A DNA stretch of 64,000 nucleotides from Lama guanicoe (GCA_013239625.1 MU053513.1:1972927-2036926); one strand, 5' to 3'. Shown: positions 22,982 through 36,247, numbered from the stretch's first letter. Program-made: numbers and translations. Notes: generated by a model not told the origin, from the letters alone.

Positions 22982-23469
22982 CTGGGGGTTGGGGGAGCAC
23001 AGCACGGTCAGGAAGTCCACTCTGCCAGGTTCTGGAAAGACCTGGGGGCCCTAGTTCTTTCCTGGGCTTCTGCTTCCTCTCAAGGTCCCAGGCCAACACT
23101 GCAGCAGAGTTGGGACTAGACTTCATGGCTCCTCATTTCCAGGCCATTATTTAATTCCAGGGATTACACAGAATGCTACCCAGGGCAGTCACACTCTGTC
23201 CTCCACACTAAGGGGAGGGATGTGTGTGCGTGTGTGTGCACGTACGTGTGTGGTGTTTCCTGCGGGAACCCTTTCCTGACCTGCTAAGGCAAGGTGACCA
23301 TGTTCTTTGTTCCACCACTGGATGTGGCACCAGCCCCAGTGGTATGGTGTGACTGTGCCTGCATTACCTGAGGCTCAGTGGAGCATAATGATTGGGCACA
23401 CAGAGGTTGGAGTCAGGCTGCTTAAGGTCAAATCCTGGTGTGGTGACTTGTCTCCACGATGGTCTTCAT

Positions 23470-23905
23470 TAATTCCCTCCCTTGATGTAATTTAAGCTCT
23501 TCCTCCACTGATACGTAAGCCTATTCCTTCATCTCCTTGAATCTGAGCTGAATTGTTATGGTTTCCATCAATAGAATTTGGTGGAAATGATGCCACATGC
23601 TTTTAGAAGCAAGATCATAAGATTTGCAGTTCCTGCCTGGTCAACTGCATCTAGGATGCCCAGCTACCATGACTACAGAGCCGTGAGGAAGCCCAAGTTA
23701 GCCACATGGAGAGGCTACATGGGCAGAGATCCCCAACCAGCCTTGGGCTGTTTTAGACATCCCAGTGCCTGCTCCGGATGTGTGTACTCAGCCCTAGCCA
23801 CTGTCTGACTGCAACTGAATAAAGGACCTTAAGTGAGAGCCAAGCTCATCAACCACCCCCACTTAAAACCCTACCAGAGAAAATAAAAAATTACTACTTT
23901 AAGTT
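23470..23905. mobile_element. MaLR (MLT1-type) LTR remnant
   Basis: gccgtgaggaagcccaagttagccacatggagagg...ctgactgcaactg...tttaag. Confidence 0.6.
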
Positions 23906-24461
23906 ATCTGACTTCCTCATTAAGTAAAAATGTCACTTAATTTCTCTGCACCACAACTTTCCCATTTGTACAGTGAGGATGATCACAGAATTGCTGTGAG
24001 GATTAAGTATGATTAAAGAAGGTAATGTAAGTAGATTGCTTGGCATACAGCAGACACTCAGGCGTATTAGCTATTATGCTCATTTCCCATATTGGCTTAC
24101 AATCAATCCCTGGATCAAAAGAAACTGTTGCTCCCTCCTGATTTCGCAATGTAAACGAGGGCTTTCTGCTCTGCTGTAGTAAGGTCCTGGGAGGGACAGG
24201 AACAAAGTCAGGGTAGGGGAGGACTTTAAGACGACACAGTCATAAGTTGTTAGTAAGCGTTATTCAAACATTTATCTGTCTACCTCGTCTGAAGGATGTA
24301 CTTTAAGGAACAGAATGGGGGATTCTCCAAAATCTAGAAAAGTGAAATAAACCTCTAGAACATGTCACATAACTTTTCTGCCTTTATTAATTGGAAGGAA
24401 AAAAAAAAGCATTTGAACAGTAGAAAAGCTGGGTGAACGTTTAGAAGACAATGGCCCCTGT

Positions 24462-24480
24462 CCACCAGCAGAGGGCGAGC
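24462..24480 (+). promoter_or_regulatory. CTCF motif
   Basis: CCACCAGCAGAGGGCGAGC; the core CCAGCAGAGGGCG matches CCASYAGRKGGCR. Confidence 0.55.
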
Positions 24481-24714
24481 TTGGGAGGCAGCCCGGGGTT
24501 CGGTTACAGAGTTTGGCTCCCGAAGCAGTTTCTGGTTGGGTTTGTGCGAGACTAAGCGATTTTTCTTATTATGGGGTTTTTCAGGCCACTCGTGGGGACA
24601 TGAAAGATAATTCTGGGACTCATTTGGGTACAGAGATAATGAGTGTCTGAGCAGGAGCTGGCAGTAAATGGACCCAAAATAAGTGCAAGACCTGGAGGTA
24701 GCTTTGTCTTCCAC

Positions 24715-24865
24715 ATCGATTCTCAAAGTGTGGGCCGTGGACCCGCAGCACAGGCGTGATCTGGGAGCTCGTTCGAAATGCAGAGGCTCAGGCACCATCC
24801 CTGACCTATTGAGTCTGCATTTTAAGAGGTGACTCTTCACAAAATAACAGCTTGAGAAGCTGCTC
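24715..24865. mobile_element. MER5A-like MITE
   Basis: ttctcaaagtgtgg...tgggagctcgttcgaaatgcaga...ttgagaagctgct. Confidence 0.7.
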
Positions 24866-27227
24866 TACCAGACCAGTTCCTCGGGCCAAGGCTGGGCTCT
24901 CACCTAACCCGCCTCTCCTGCAGTCAGCATACCCTTCCCACCTAAAAAGGTACTGTGCAGTCATTCCTTTTGGAAGTGGCCTGGACCACTGATGTCTTTA
25001 ATACCTAAACGTCCGTGAACTGTTTGAATGAAATAGCATTGCATTGTTTTTCAAAACGCTTTGCTCTGCACCTTTAGACAGTCCCTTGGGGGTAGCTCAG
25101 CCTCTTTTTGGCTGGTGAGCCTCTAACATCCTGTGGGCGGGAGAGCAGAGGACTCTGTCCTTGTCGGAATGAATCACAGAGACTTGGGGACAACTCCATG
25201 TCCCTAACACCCCCCTGCTGGCTCCTGGGAACTCCGCCACAGCAGCACTGGGCTCCTCATGGCCTTTGGGAAGTCAGGGGAAGCTATCAGCGCACAAGTG
25301 CCTCGGGAGGGCGTTGAGATCCCATAAGGACATTTGAGCAGCCTACGCACCGGGCCACCCCTCGGACCCCTCCAGCCCCTCTGTGGGGAGGAAACGGAGG
25401 CCCACGGAGGTTAACTTGCCCGAGGTCACTGAGGACTAGTGAGTGACAGTCCTGGGCTAGCTGCATAGAACTCCAAAGCCTGGTGACCTCACCTTAGTGG
25501 AGGGCACCAGAGCCTACAGAACCGGACTCGGGCCGGACGCCTGGTGGGCCACATGGAGCCGGGAGAGGGGGGTGGGGTGGCAGGAAAAGAAGCGGATGGT
25601 GTCAGAGGCCACCTCATTTTACTCTGTGGGGTTCTGGCTGGGGTCGGCAGTCACCTGGGCTGAGAGCAGCCCACGAGGGTGAGGCTGTCAGCGTTAGCTG
25701 ACTTGTGATGATGACTTTGCCTGGATAATTCCAGCGTGTGGAGCAGAAGGAGGCGGTTACCTGGGCCTCCTCGGCCCCAACTTTAGTTTTCTTCTGATCA
25801 GGTCAGGACACAGGTTAAGACCATATTACTAGTGGGCAGGGGCCTGCCATCCAGGAACTCTCTATGGTTCAGAATACCAGCTTTCTTGTTCTCACTGGGG
25901 CCTCCGTCTCCTCATTTTAAGTGAGGATTACAATAGTTTTTACCTTATAGGATGATTGTGATGGTTAAATCAGTTAACATATGGCCCATTTCAAGCACTA
26001 AATAAGTGTGAGCTAATGTGGGCCTGGCAGTATTTTCATCCCTTTAAACTTTGTAAAAGCCCCAGTTGGTCAGATTCGGGTTTAGAAAGAGTCGGAGGCC
26101 CAGTCTACACTTTTAGCCTAAGTCACACGCTCCGGCACTGACCTGCCTCACCGTGCTGGGAGGTGACGCTGGCTAACAAGAGAGGCATGGGCCTATTTCC
26201 CATTTGCTCTCACCCCTGAGGTATGTCCCCTTGGGGAGCCTCACTGGGCGGGGGTGACGGGGTCATCCAGCATTCCTGAACACACAAGCCCCAGGACAGG
26301 ACCACCACCACACTGCCACTACAACACCTGCCCCAAAGTGGCCATCACACAGCTCAAAGTTCTGCAGTGAACCAGCAGTCAGAAGAGGAGGGCCGGAAAT
26401 CTCAGGTGGAAAAATCCCATGGTGGTCCCCAGACAACCAGAAACACCCACTAGAAAGTCCCGTGGCTAGACTAGACCTTCTTCTTGGCTAAGAGCTCACT
26501 GTGAAGATGGCAGTACATCTGTAGACAGACTCACAGATTATGGAGCTCAGGAGGGTTAGGAGATGGTTAAAGGCCGTCAGGATACACTGTCATATTCATA
26601 CAACCAGGAAAACCATCTGCATAATCAGGCCCAGGGCAGAATTTCAGCTAAGAGGCTCCTGCGAGGGAAAGGCGAGCGCAAACCCACGCGCTTTGCTTCT
26701 GTTAACGTGTGTTTAGGTTGGCTGCTGTGGAGTAAACGCTGGGTTCCCACAGGAGAGCGTTTCAGTTTCACACTTGGGAGTCAGGCCAAGCACACGCCCT
26801 CCTTGGGGGGATGATCACCTGTAAAGTGGGGATAATAACACCGTCTGCACAGGACTGTGAAGATTAATAAAACGACACAGGTGAGCACCAAGTGCAGTTC
26901 CTGCACGTTTTAAGTGCTCAGAAAATAACAGCTATTATTCAGTTGGTTCTGTACTCTGTGCGATTTTTAACTGCATAAGGACAGGTAGAACAGAGGCTGG
27001 GAGCCCAGACATCAAAGTGTTCTCTCTGGTTAGTTACCTTCGTTTTATACTTTCTTGTATTGTCACATGTCTATGTAATTTCGGTTTCTATAGTCAGAAA
27101 AAATCTACTTAATTTTGAAAAAAACTGTAACAATTGATTGAACACCATACCAGGCTTATATATATATTGAGACACTTTTGAAGGATTTCACCCATTCTTT
27201 CCCCCAAAACATTGAGGTAGCTACTTT

Positions 27228-27672
27228 CTTTCTTTTTAAATGGAAATACAGTTGACGCACAACACTGTCAGCTTCAGGTGTACTACACAGGGATTTGATG
27301 TCCACATACATTATGAAATGATCACCACAGCGGTCGGGTCACCATCTGTCCCCATACAAGGTTATTACACTATTACTGACCGTGCTCCCTGTGCCGCACC
27401 GTACATCCCCGTGACTTATTTATTGTGTAACTGAGGGCTGGTACCTCTTCATCTCCTTCATCTATTTCGCCTACCTCCACCCACTCCCTTCTGCCAACCA
27501 CCTACCTGTTTGTTCTCTGTATCTATGAGTCTGTGTTTTGTTTTTTGGGGTTTGTTTTAGATTCCACATAGAAGTAGATCATGCTGAATTTGTCTTTTTC
27601 TGTCTCACTTATTTCACTTAGCATAATACCTTCTGGATCGACCTATGTTGCAAATGGAAAGATATATTTTTT
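27228..27672 (-). mobile_element. L1 3' UTR fragment
   Basis: ttagattccacata...cttatttcacttagcataatacc; T-rich tail at the left end. Confidence 0.8.
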
Positions 27673-27844
27673 TAACCACTGGAGGCAACTTTTAAATCTG
27701 TATTTTACAGAAGAGGAAATTGAATTTAAAAAGTATAGTTAAGTGACTTGTCATGGACTTATTCTTTTTTGAAATCAAATATGATTTACTTTAGTCAACA
27801 TTTTGAATCTTACTGTAATTGTTTTTTGTTTCTGTTTCCTCCTC

Positions 27845-28705
27845 TTTCTTTTATATTGAAGTATAGTTTACAATTTTGTGTTAATTTGTGGTGTACAGCA
27901 TAGTGCTTCAATTATACATATATATATTCCTTTTCATATTCTTTTTTGTTATAGGATATTACAAGGTATTGAATATAGTTCCCTGTGCTATACAGTACAA
28001 ACTTATTATTTATCTATTTTATATTTAGCAGTTAGTATCTGCAAAATCTTGAACTCCCAATTTACCCCTTCTTATCCGCTTCCCAGCCAGTAACCACAAG
28101 TTTGTTCTCTATGTCTGTGAGTCTGTTTCTGTTTTGTAAATAAGATTGCTTGTCTTTTTATTTTTTTTTAGAGTCCACATATAAGTGATATCATATGGTA
28201 TTTTTCTTTCTCTTTCTGGCTTATTCACTTAGACTGATAATCTCTGTTGCTGCAAATGGCCTTATTTTATTCTTTTTTATGGCAGAATAGTATTCCATTG
28301 TACAAATGTACAACTTATTTATCCAGTCATCTGTTGATGGACATTTAGGTTGTTTCCATGTCTTGGCTATTGTAAGTAGTGCTGCTATGAACATTGGGGT
28401 GCATGTATCTTTTTGAATTAAGGTTCCCTCTGGATATATGCCCAGGAGTGGGATTGCTGGATCATATGATAAGTCTATTTTTAGTCTTTTGTGGAATCTC
28501 CATACTGTTTTCCACAGTGGCTGCACCAAACTGCATTCCCACCAGCAGCATAGGAAGTTTCCCTTTTCTCCACACCCTCTCCAACATTTATCATTTGTAG
28601 ACTTCTGAATGATGACCATTGTGACTGGTGTGAGATGACACCTCATTGTAATTTTGATTTGCATTTCTCTGATAATTAGCGATATTGAGCATTTTTTTCA
28701 TGTGC
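27845..28705 (-). mobile_element. Young camelid L1 3' fragment (ORF2 C-terminus)
   Basis: ORF 28221-28664: [13 protein letters not shown]...[10 protein letters not shown]...[18 protein letters not shown]...[12 protein letters not shown], the L1 ORF2 cysteine-rich domain. Confidence 0.92.
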
Positions 28706-30954
28706 AGGTTTTGAATACAGGTCTGTGAACACTGAAGCCATTATACCTAGGGGTTCACCTATGGGGTAGGAGACAGAGATGGTGGTTAGAAACCCCGACC
28801 CCTCTTTCATATTTCTTTTCTCTCATTCTCTCTCTCTCTCTCTCTCTCTGCCATACACCCACCCACCCTTCCCTTCCCTAAAACACTATGTTGCATACTG
28901 AAGACACAGATCATTAATTCAACAGGGGAAAAAAACAGCTTTGGGAACAGAAGACACGGTGGTAACAGAGAAATCGCATACAGAGTTACCCCCATGCTGT
29001 GGATATTAGTTTGCGCTGGTCTTTGTGGTGTCATGTATAGCAGCCGAGCAGAGCCTCAAAGCACCTGCTCTCGGAGCAGTCAGCTCCAGGTCTGCAAAAG
29101 CATCAGCCTAACTAACTGAATCGGATTTTTTTTGAGCAACAGATGGTCCCGAGCATCAGGCACAACAGTCCCGGGGATACGGATGGGCTGGTGAGACGTC
29201 TGTGGGCTAGAAAACCATCCACAGCCCTGAACGGGCTTCAAACAGTCGCAGGCCTGACATGTTTGCCAGGAACACTCACTGGGCTCTCAGCCAGGCTGAT
29301 GCCTCTGAATCTCGGGAAAATCAGGTATTTGTCTTTGCCAAACTTCAAATTAATTACTTGCCTGTAACTTGGAAGGGGCTGTACAAATGATGGGGTCCCT
29401 GCAGGGCACGAGCAAATCAGCAGTAGCTCACCCTGTGCTTGTAGCATCTTTTTCTTCTGGTCAGGTTTATAGCAGGTGTGTGTGTTGGAGGGCTGGATGC
29501 ATTCTCTTGCCCACAAGTCAAACTGACATTAGAAGCTTCTAAATTGCTGTACCCAGGGACAAATCAAGATCATGCTTCATCTTTGCAAACTTCTCCGAGC
29601 AGAATGCAAAAGGCTTTTTTTAAAATAAATACCTCATTGGAAGGACGTCAATTCAGTAATGAAAAGAGGAGGCCCCTGTATACCTTTTGAAAGGGCACCA
29701 TGTATTTTAGCATTGGTTGAAACTATCCAGTTGCCACGTTGATGACTCTTTCTTGCTCCTAAATTTTAGTTAGGCTTCTTCTTTGCACATTGTGAAACCT
29801 GTCTGAATGGCGCTCACAGGAGGAAAATTTTGCTTTTTTAAAGGAAGATCGTATGGATGATTTGAATTCAGACTCACCCAAAGGGCAGTGACAGACCAGG
29901 TGGCCATCTAAAGTCCTTACCTCACCCTACCTAGGTTATAAGCAAAGGAGAAGGGGGTGATGGAGCAGGAATGTATGGCTTTGTATGAAGTGTGATTAAA
30001 TACATGTGTGACCCTAAACTAGATAATATTTTATAGCCTTTTATAGCTTAGAAAACACAATATGTGTGTTACGTCATTTAATGCTCACAAAAACTCTCTG
30101 AATAGGGTTTGCCAGATGTACCACTATCTTCTACAGGGGAGGAAGCTGAGGCTGAGTGACGTGCCCAGGGTCACACTAATACATGGCTGAGGTGAAAATC
30201 CAGCTTCTCTGACTCCAGGCACCACAAGTGACGAGCTTTGAAGAAGTTACCTTGGAAGGCCCTCCGTGAACACCAACAGTGCTGTCGCTGCTCTCAACAG
30301 TCTGGAACCCCACAGGCCTAAGTTCAGGGTTTTGCCATTGGATCCAGTTCAAAAAGTCCCCAAAGGAGAATAAAGATCGTAATTTTGCTGCTGTTGTCGG
30401 CACACAGTAGGTGACCAACGAAGGTGCTCATCTTTCCCACACATCTTATTTTTCCCACTTGGCCATTTGGAGGGTTCAAAAGAATATTTCAGTCCAACTG
30501 AGAGCAATTAAATAAAAAAAGGCTTTTAAAAGCATATTTTTCCCAGCACTCCTAAGCAAGTACGTGGCCTGGCCTGACCCTTCTGGAGACCCTTCCAGGG
30601 CTTTGAGACCTTCAGTTCATAGGCAAGGTCGAGTGTGAAGTCACCTGTGGGAGTGATGCTGCCTTGAAGCCTGAACCTCAGTCAACATCACTGACCAGCA
30701 GCAGCATGCACCCATACCCTCTGGGTTTTGATGGCGTGTTTACACAACTGCCACCCCCACCTGGAAGGAAGCCCCTCCAATGCCCATCACACCTTCCTCT
30801 TCTCTGGATCTCCCCTCGCCCACCCTGGCCCTAATTCTGAGGTGGTGCAGGAAAGACGCCTTCACCCCTCAGTTACTCAGGGCATCCCCAGGAGCCTTAT
30901 TCACAGCCTGAACACTGGCTAGAAGATTAGAATAAACAAAACTGCATGACAATC

Positions 30955-32470
30955 CACCGAAGACTTAATATTGTTAAGATGTCAACACTACCAAAGTGAT
31001 CGACAGATTTAACATAATCCCTGTCCAAGTTCCAACGGCATTTTTTTTTTCAGAAGTAGAAATATCCATCCTAAAATTCATGCGGACTCTCAAGGGACCC
31101 TGAATAGCCAAAGCAGTCTTGAAAAAGAACAAAGTTGTAGGCCTCACACTTCTGATTTAAAAGCCTACTACAATAATGGGAAAGAATCTGACTATATATG
31201 TATATGTGTGTATGTGTATGTATAACTGAATCACTTTGCTGTGCATCTGAAACTGACATTGTAAATCAACTGCACTTCAATTAAAAAAACTAAAAAAACT
31301 TATTACAAATCTATAGTAATTAAAACAGGGGTAGTACTGGCCTAAAGTCAATAATTTAGACCAATGGAATATAATATAGAGCCTGGAAATAAACTCTTGA
31401 ATGTGTGGTCAAGTGATTTTTGACAAGGGTGCCAAGACCATTCAGTGGGGAAAAAAACAGTCTTTTCAAGAAATGGTGTTGGGAAAGCTGGATATCTACA
31501 TGCAAAGAATAGAGCTGGACCCTTGCTTTACACGATATACAAAAATTAGGTCAAAATGATTTAAAGACCTGAATGTAAAAGTGACAACTACAAAATTCGT
31601 GGGAAAAAAGATAGGTAAAAAGCTCATGACACTGGATTTGGTGATAATTTCTTGGACATGACACCAAAAGCATAGGAAACAAAGCAAAAATAGATATGGG
31701 TTTACATCAAAATTAAAAACTTCTGTGCACCAAAGGACACAGTCAACAGAGTGAGAAGGCAACCTGTTTAATGGGAGAAAATATTAGCGAGTCATAAATC
31801 TGATAAGGGGTTAAAATCCAGAATACACCAAAAACTCCTACAACTCAACAACAACAAAAAAACCCAAAAACCTGGTTAAAAAAATGGGCAAAAGACTTAA
31901 ATAGGTATTTCCTGAAAGAAGACATACGAATGGCTAACAGGCACATGAAAGGATGCTCAACATCATTAATCATTAGGGAAATGCAAACCAAAACCACAGT
32001 GAGGTACCACCTCGCACCCATTAGGATGGTTACTATGGAAGTCGTGGAAGTAACCCAAGCAGCTGTCGATGAATGAATGGAAAAACAAAGTATTATTCAG
32101 CCTTCACCAGGAAGGAAGTTTTAACACATGCTACAGCACGAATGAACTCTGAGGACATTATGCCAAGTGAAATAAGCCGATGACAAAAGGACAGATCTGT
32201 CTGATTCCCCTTATGTGAGGTAACTAGAGTCGTCAGTTCATAAAGACGGGAAGTGGAAACGCGGTTGCCAGGGGCTGAGGAGGAGGGAGTGGGGAGTTGT
32301 TGTTTAATGAGTGTAGAGTTTCAGCTTCACATGAAAAGAGTTCTGGAGACTGGCTGCACGACCATACGAACACACTTAATATGACTGAAGTGTACCCTGA
32401 AAATTGGTTAAGATGGTAAATTCCAGGTTCTGTAAATATATAGAACATGGTAAAATATTACCAGTGATTT
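30955..32470 (+). mobile_element. Old L1 (L1MB/MC-like) ORF2 fragment with a nested L1 3' end at ~31173-31294
   Basis: aatattgttaagatgtca...tttgacaagggtgccaagaccattcagtggggaaa...; nested piece bounded by a degenerate TSD aaaagcctactaca/aaaacttattaca. Confidence 0.85.
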
Positions 32471-34006
32471 TTTTAAAAAGTAGAACAATCCTCCCAATTC
32501 CATTTTGTTAAAAAGTAGTTGATTATATAGAAGTCTGAACTCTTAAAAGTGGTTTGTTTTGTGGGAAAAAGCTGATTAGAATTCTGGTCCATGAGCGCTC
32601 ACCAGGAGTTGCCTGGAACCCTCACAGGCACAAAGCTCTGCTCACAAATCCACTTCTCCCTGCCCACCCCCATCCTGCCGACAAAGGCTTCTGAGCTGTG
32701 ATGGAGAAAGTCAGCCCTGGGTTGGGGGTGTCAGGGCCCACCCTTGCCAATGGGGCCAGGGGATTTTTTTGGTTACAAGCAGGAAATGCAAGGCAAGGTG
32801 AGCCACAGTCCTTTAAATATTTAGATACCACCTAAGGAAACTACATAAAACAGAGGCTCAGGAGGAGGTCACACTAACCCCTAGGAGACACACAAGTAGT
32901 ATCCCACTTAATCAATGCTGCAGCACTAGAGACGGACGGAGATGGGCCCCCCCAATTCTAGTCCTACCAGTAGTCACTTACCGATGAGTTGTCTCTTACT
33001 AGCTGTGTGGCTGTGGGCAAGTCACATAATCTCTCTGGGCTTAATTCATCACCTGTACCATGAAGGTTATTACAAGTCTATCAGATGAAATAATATAATA
33101 AAAATGTTTAATATAGTCTAAAGAGATGTCCATATGAATATTAATTTGTGTAGGGTCTGGAGTCTTTGTTTAACAAACGGGGACAATTGTTTCCCTCGCT
33201 TGGGCTTTGTAAAATTACAGACAATGTATGTGAAGTGTGCAGCACAGGGCTCAGCCCAGAGAAGGTTCAGCGAATGAGAGCAATGATGGTTTTTACTTAC
33301 TGCTGTTTCTGTGAGTGGCTCTGAGCCACCCTCTTCACTAGGAGTGGGTGAGGCTGGGATGCAGGGAGGTGGAAGGATGCATAGACCTGACTGTCTGTCC
33401 AGCATCCTTTCTCCCTGCCTTCTTCTAAGGGCATCTTAGCTTTCCTTTGGGTAATTCCCTTGCCTTTCTCAGTCTGTGTGGTTCAGGTGTGGTGCCCATT
33501 CTCCCTTCCCATCCCTGTCCTGGTCCTCCAGGCTGGACCAGGACATTCCTGGATATCCACAATGATTGGTTCAGTGATGGCCCATGACCTAATAACCCAG
33601 GATAAAGAAATAAAACCCTGTTTTTTTTTTTTTTTTGCTGGACCCACTGGAGAACAGAAACATTTTCCTGTGAAGTCACTTAGATAGAAGACTATAAGCC
33701 TGTTGAAGGAAGAAAATAAGGCCAACACAAAGAAAGAAAATCCAAGAGGTGGAGAAAGTCAGATGACTGATGAACAAAGTTGAATTCATGGATCCAACTC
33801 TTGATTTTAGCTGTTTGAACCAATAAATCCCCCACCACCGTCCCCCATCCCCCAACCCTTTTCTTGCCTGCATGCTGGGTTTCAGCCATTTGTAATAGAA
33901 AGTTTTGTTTAATGTACTGGGGAAAGGGATAGACTCTGAATTTATCCCCCAGCCTCAGTGATGTCCCCTGTTTTCCTTCTGGGACGGTCCCCACCACAAC
34001 ACTCAC

Positions 34007-34123
34007 CCGACGTCCGAACCCTTCCGCTTGCTTCACTTCCCGAGGGTAGCCATCGATCAGGAAGCCCTTGGTGCCGCGGAGGCCGGCCACCATGGCCTCC
34101 CTCAGGAGCTCCAGGATGACGCC
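34007..34123 (-). CDS. AK5: Adenylate kinase 5 exon (AK signature FLIDGYPR)
   Basis: tag|GGC GTC...CGT CGG|gtgagt; 117 nt, phase 0-0; [39 protein letters not shown]. Confidence 0.98.
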
Positions 34124-34568
34124 CTAGAGCAGAGGCAGCGCGGTCAGGGCGGAAGTCTCAGCAGCATGAACAGCGGTCAGCAGTACACCGTATTTCATCT
34201 GTTCTAAATCTCTCACCCCCCACCTCCCCATTTTAATAGCTGTGGCTTTGGAAGGTATCTTACAATCAGTGCTGGGTCACAGTTTAACTGTTAGTGTTTC
34301 TCCTGACTGGCATATTTTTATTGGTTATATTTTACTGGGGTGTCTAAAAGCAATGGCATCTATGGTGCTCCGTTTCAGTCGTTAGCTCTCCATGAATTAG
34401 GCCTAACTGCAGTTTAAAACTAGACAAGAGATGGTATAAAACATGCTTCATTCTTGGTTTTTTTTTCCAGTAAATACTTTATAAGGTTTGACATTCATTG
34501 ACTTGAGGAGACTCAGCAGAGAAGAAGTAGCATTTTCTAGCACAATCACTTTCTCTGTTAAAATTTTT

Positions 34569-34713
34569 TAATCATCTTTTTTTTTTTTTTGGTGGTGGGG
34601 AGATAATTAGGTTCATTCATTTGTTTACTTTTAGAGGAGGTGCTGGGGATTGAACCCCAAACCTCATGCACACTAGGCATGCGTTCTACCACTTGAGCTA
34701 TACCCTCCCTACA
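34569..34713 (-). mobile_element. Vic-1-type camelid SINE
   Basis: Reverse complement agggagggtatagctcaagtggtagaacgcatgcctagtgtgcatgaggtttggggttcaatcccc; 14-bp TSD ctgttaaaattttt (34555-34568/34714-34727). Confidence 0.88.
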
Positions 34714-36083
34714 CTGTTAAAATTTTTGATTTAACTTGTGTTTATGGAAAATACAGAAGGAGAAAGACACAGAAGCTTGGGAATGGATGAAAAGCAAATG
34801 CAGCCAGCTGCCCAAATGTGGGGAAGTCTTTGAGATGGCTGGCATCCTCTGACTTTTGGCAGGGGCTTGGGGAATGTGGCCATTGTAAGGGCGGACAGAA
34901 AGTATCCCTAGATAACAGGGAATGACATCCTCATGAAGTTTATATTTTAGTGCAGAAAAAAAGATGACAGATGCAAAAATAAATATACAAAAATAATCAG
35001 CTAGAGAGAACTACTCTCAACAAAACAAAAGCAGGGCAAAGAGAAGCAGAATGCTGGAGGTGCCATTGTAGATGGGGCGCTCAAGGAGAGCCTCTCTGGT
35101 ACACTGCGGTATTTAAGTAGAGATCTGGGTGATGTAAAGGAGCAAACCATGTGCATGTAAGATGGAAGAGCACTCAGGCTGCGGAAATAGCAAGTGCAGA
35201 GGCCCTGAGGCAGGAACAGGCTGGCCGGTGGGAGGAACAATGAGGAGGTCAGTGGCTGGGCGGGAGTGAGCAAGGTGAGAGTGGTGGCAAACAGCACTGG
35301 AGAGCCAGCTGGAGTCCAGAGCCATGGGAAGGAGTCTGGATTTCATTCTAAGTGCGGTGGGGAGTCATTGAAATGTTCTGTGAAAAGTGTAAACCGTAGG
35401 AGGAAAAGAATGGGCAGAAGGGGGTCCACTAAGAGGCAACTGCTGTGGTCGGCTCCCTCTTGTGAGGACCCTCCTGGATTCCAGGTGGGAAACAGACTGC
35501 AGCTGGTTAAAGAAGCAGTGGAAAGCTCTGTTAGCTAATAGGGACCACAAAGCCTAGCACGGGACCTAGACTGGCAGGGATGAATATTTTTTGATACCTG
35601 TGGCATCCAGCTTCCCAGAGATGGATGATGATTTGAAAAAAAATACACCTAAAAGGGGTATTTTTTATTTAAGCTACACAGGGAAGATACCAAATTTCAA
35701 GTTAATGCTATTATACCTCCCAGCACTAGACCAAAATGTTGTTTTTTATTTTCCAGAGGGTTCTAATTCTAGACTCTGTTGCATCATACTCACCTCTGCT
35801 TTGAAGATTTCAACTCTAAAGAGAGGGAACAGTTTTAGGGGAAAATACGAAACAGGTTAACATTCAAGGGGCTGGCAGAGCAACAAGACAGAAGGAATCC
35901 GGGTCCGGACAACCTGGTCTGGCAGGTGGGCCTCTGCTGTGGAGACCCAGCTGCCTCTGGACCATTACAGAAGAGAGAAAGAAAATACGGCTCTTGTCCT
36001 TCGGGGTTTCTTTGTTCCAGCAGCTGAGATGAACTGCAGCGCCCCCAGACCTCTGCCCAGCCAGAGAAGCAGCTGCTGCTTAC

Positions 36084-36247
36084 CGAGGGCACCAGCTCCC
36101 CACGTTCCACGGTGTCTCTGATCAACCTGCTTCTCTCAGACTCTGATGACAGCTCATTCCGCAGCAGCTCACCAGTGGAGAGGCGTGTAAATCCGTATTT
36201 TTCCACTAGCTTTTCACACTGTGTGCCTTTGCCAGAGCCTGGGCCAC
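36084..36247 (-). CDS. AK5: Adenylate kinase 5 exon (domain 2 P-loop and NMP-binding region)
   Basis: ccag|GT GGC CCA...CCC TCG|gtaagc; 164 nt, phase 1-0; (G)[54 protein letters not shown]. Confidence 0.98.
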
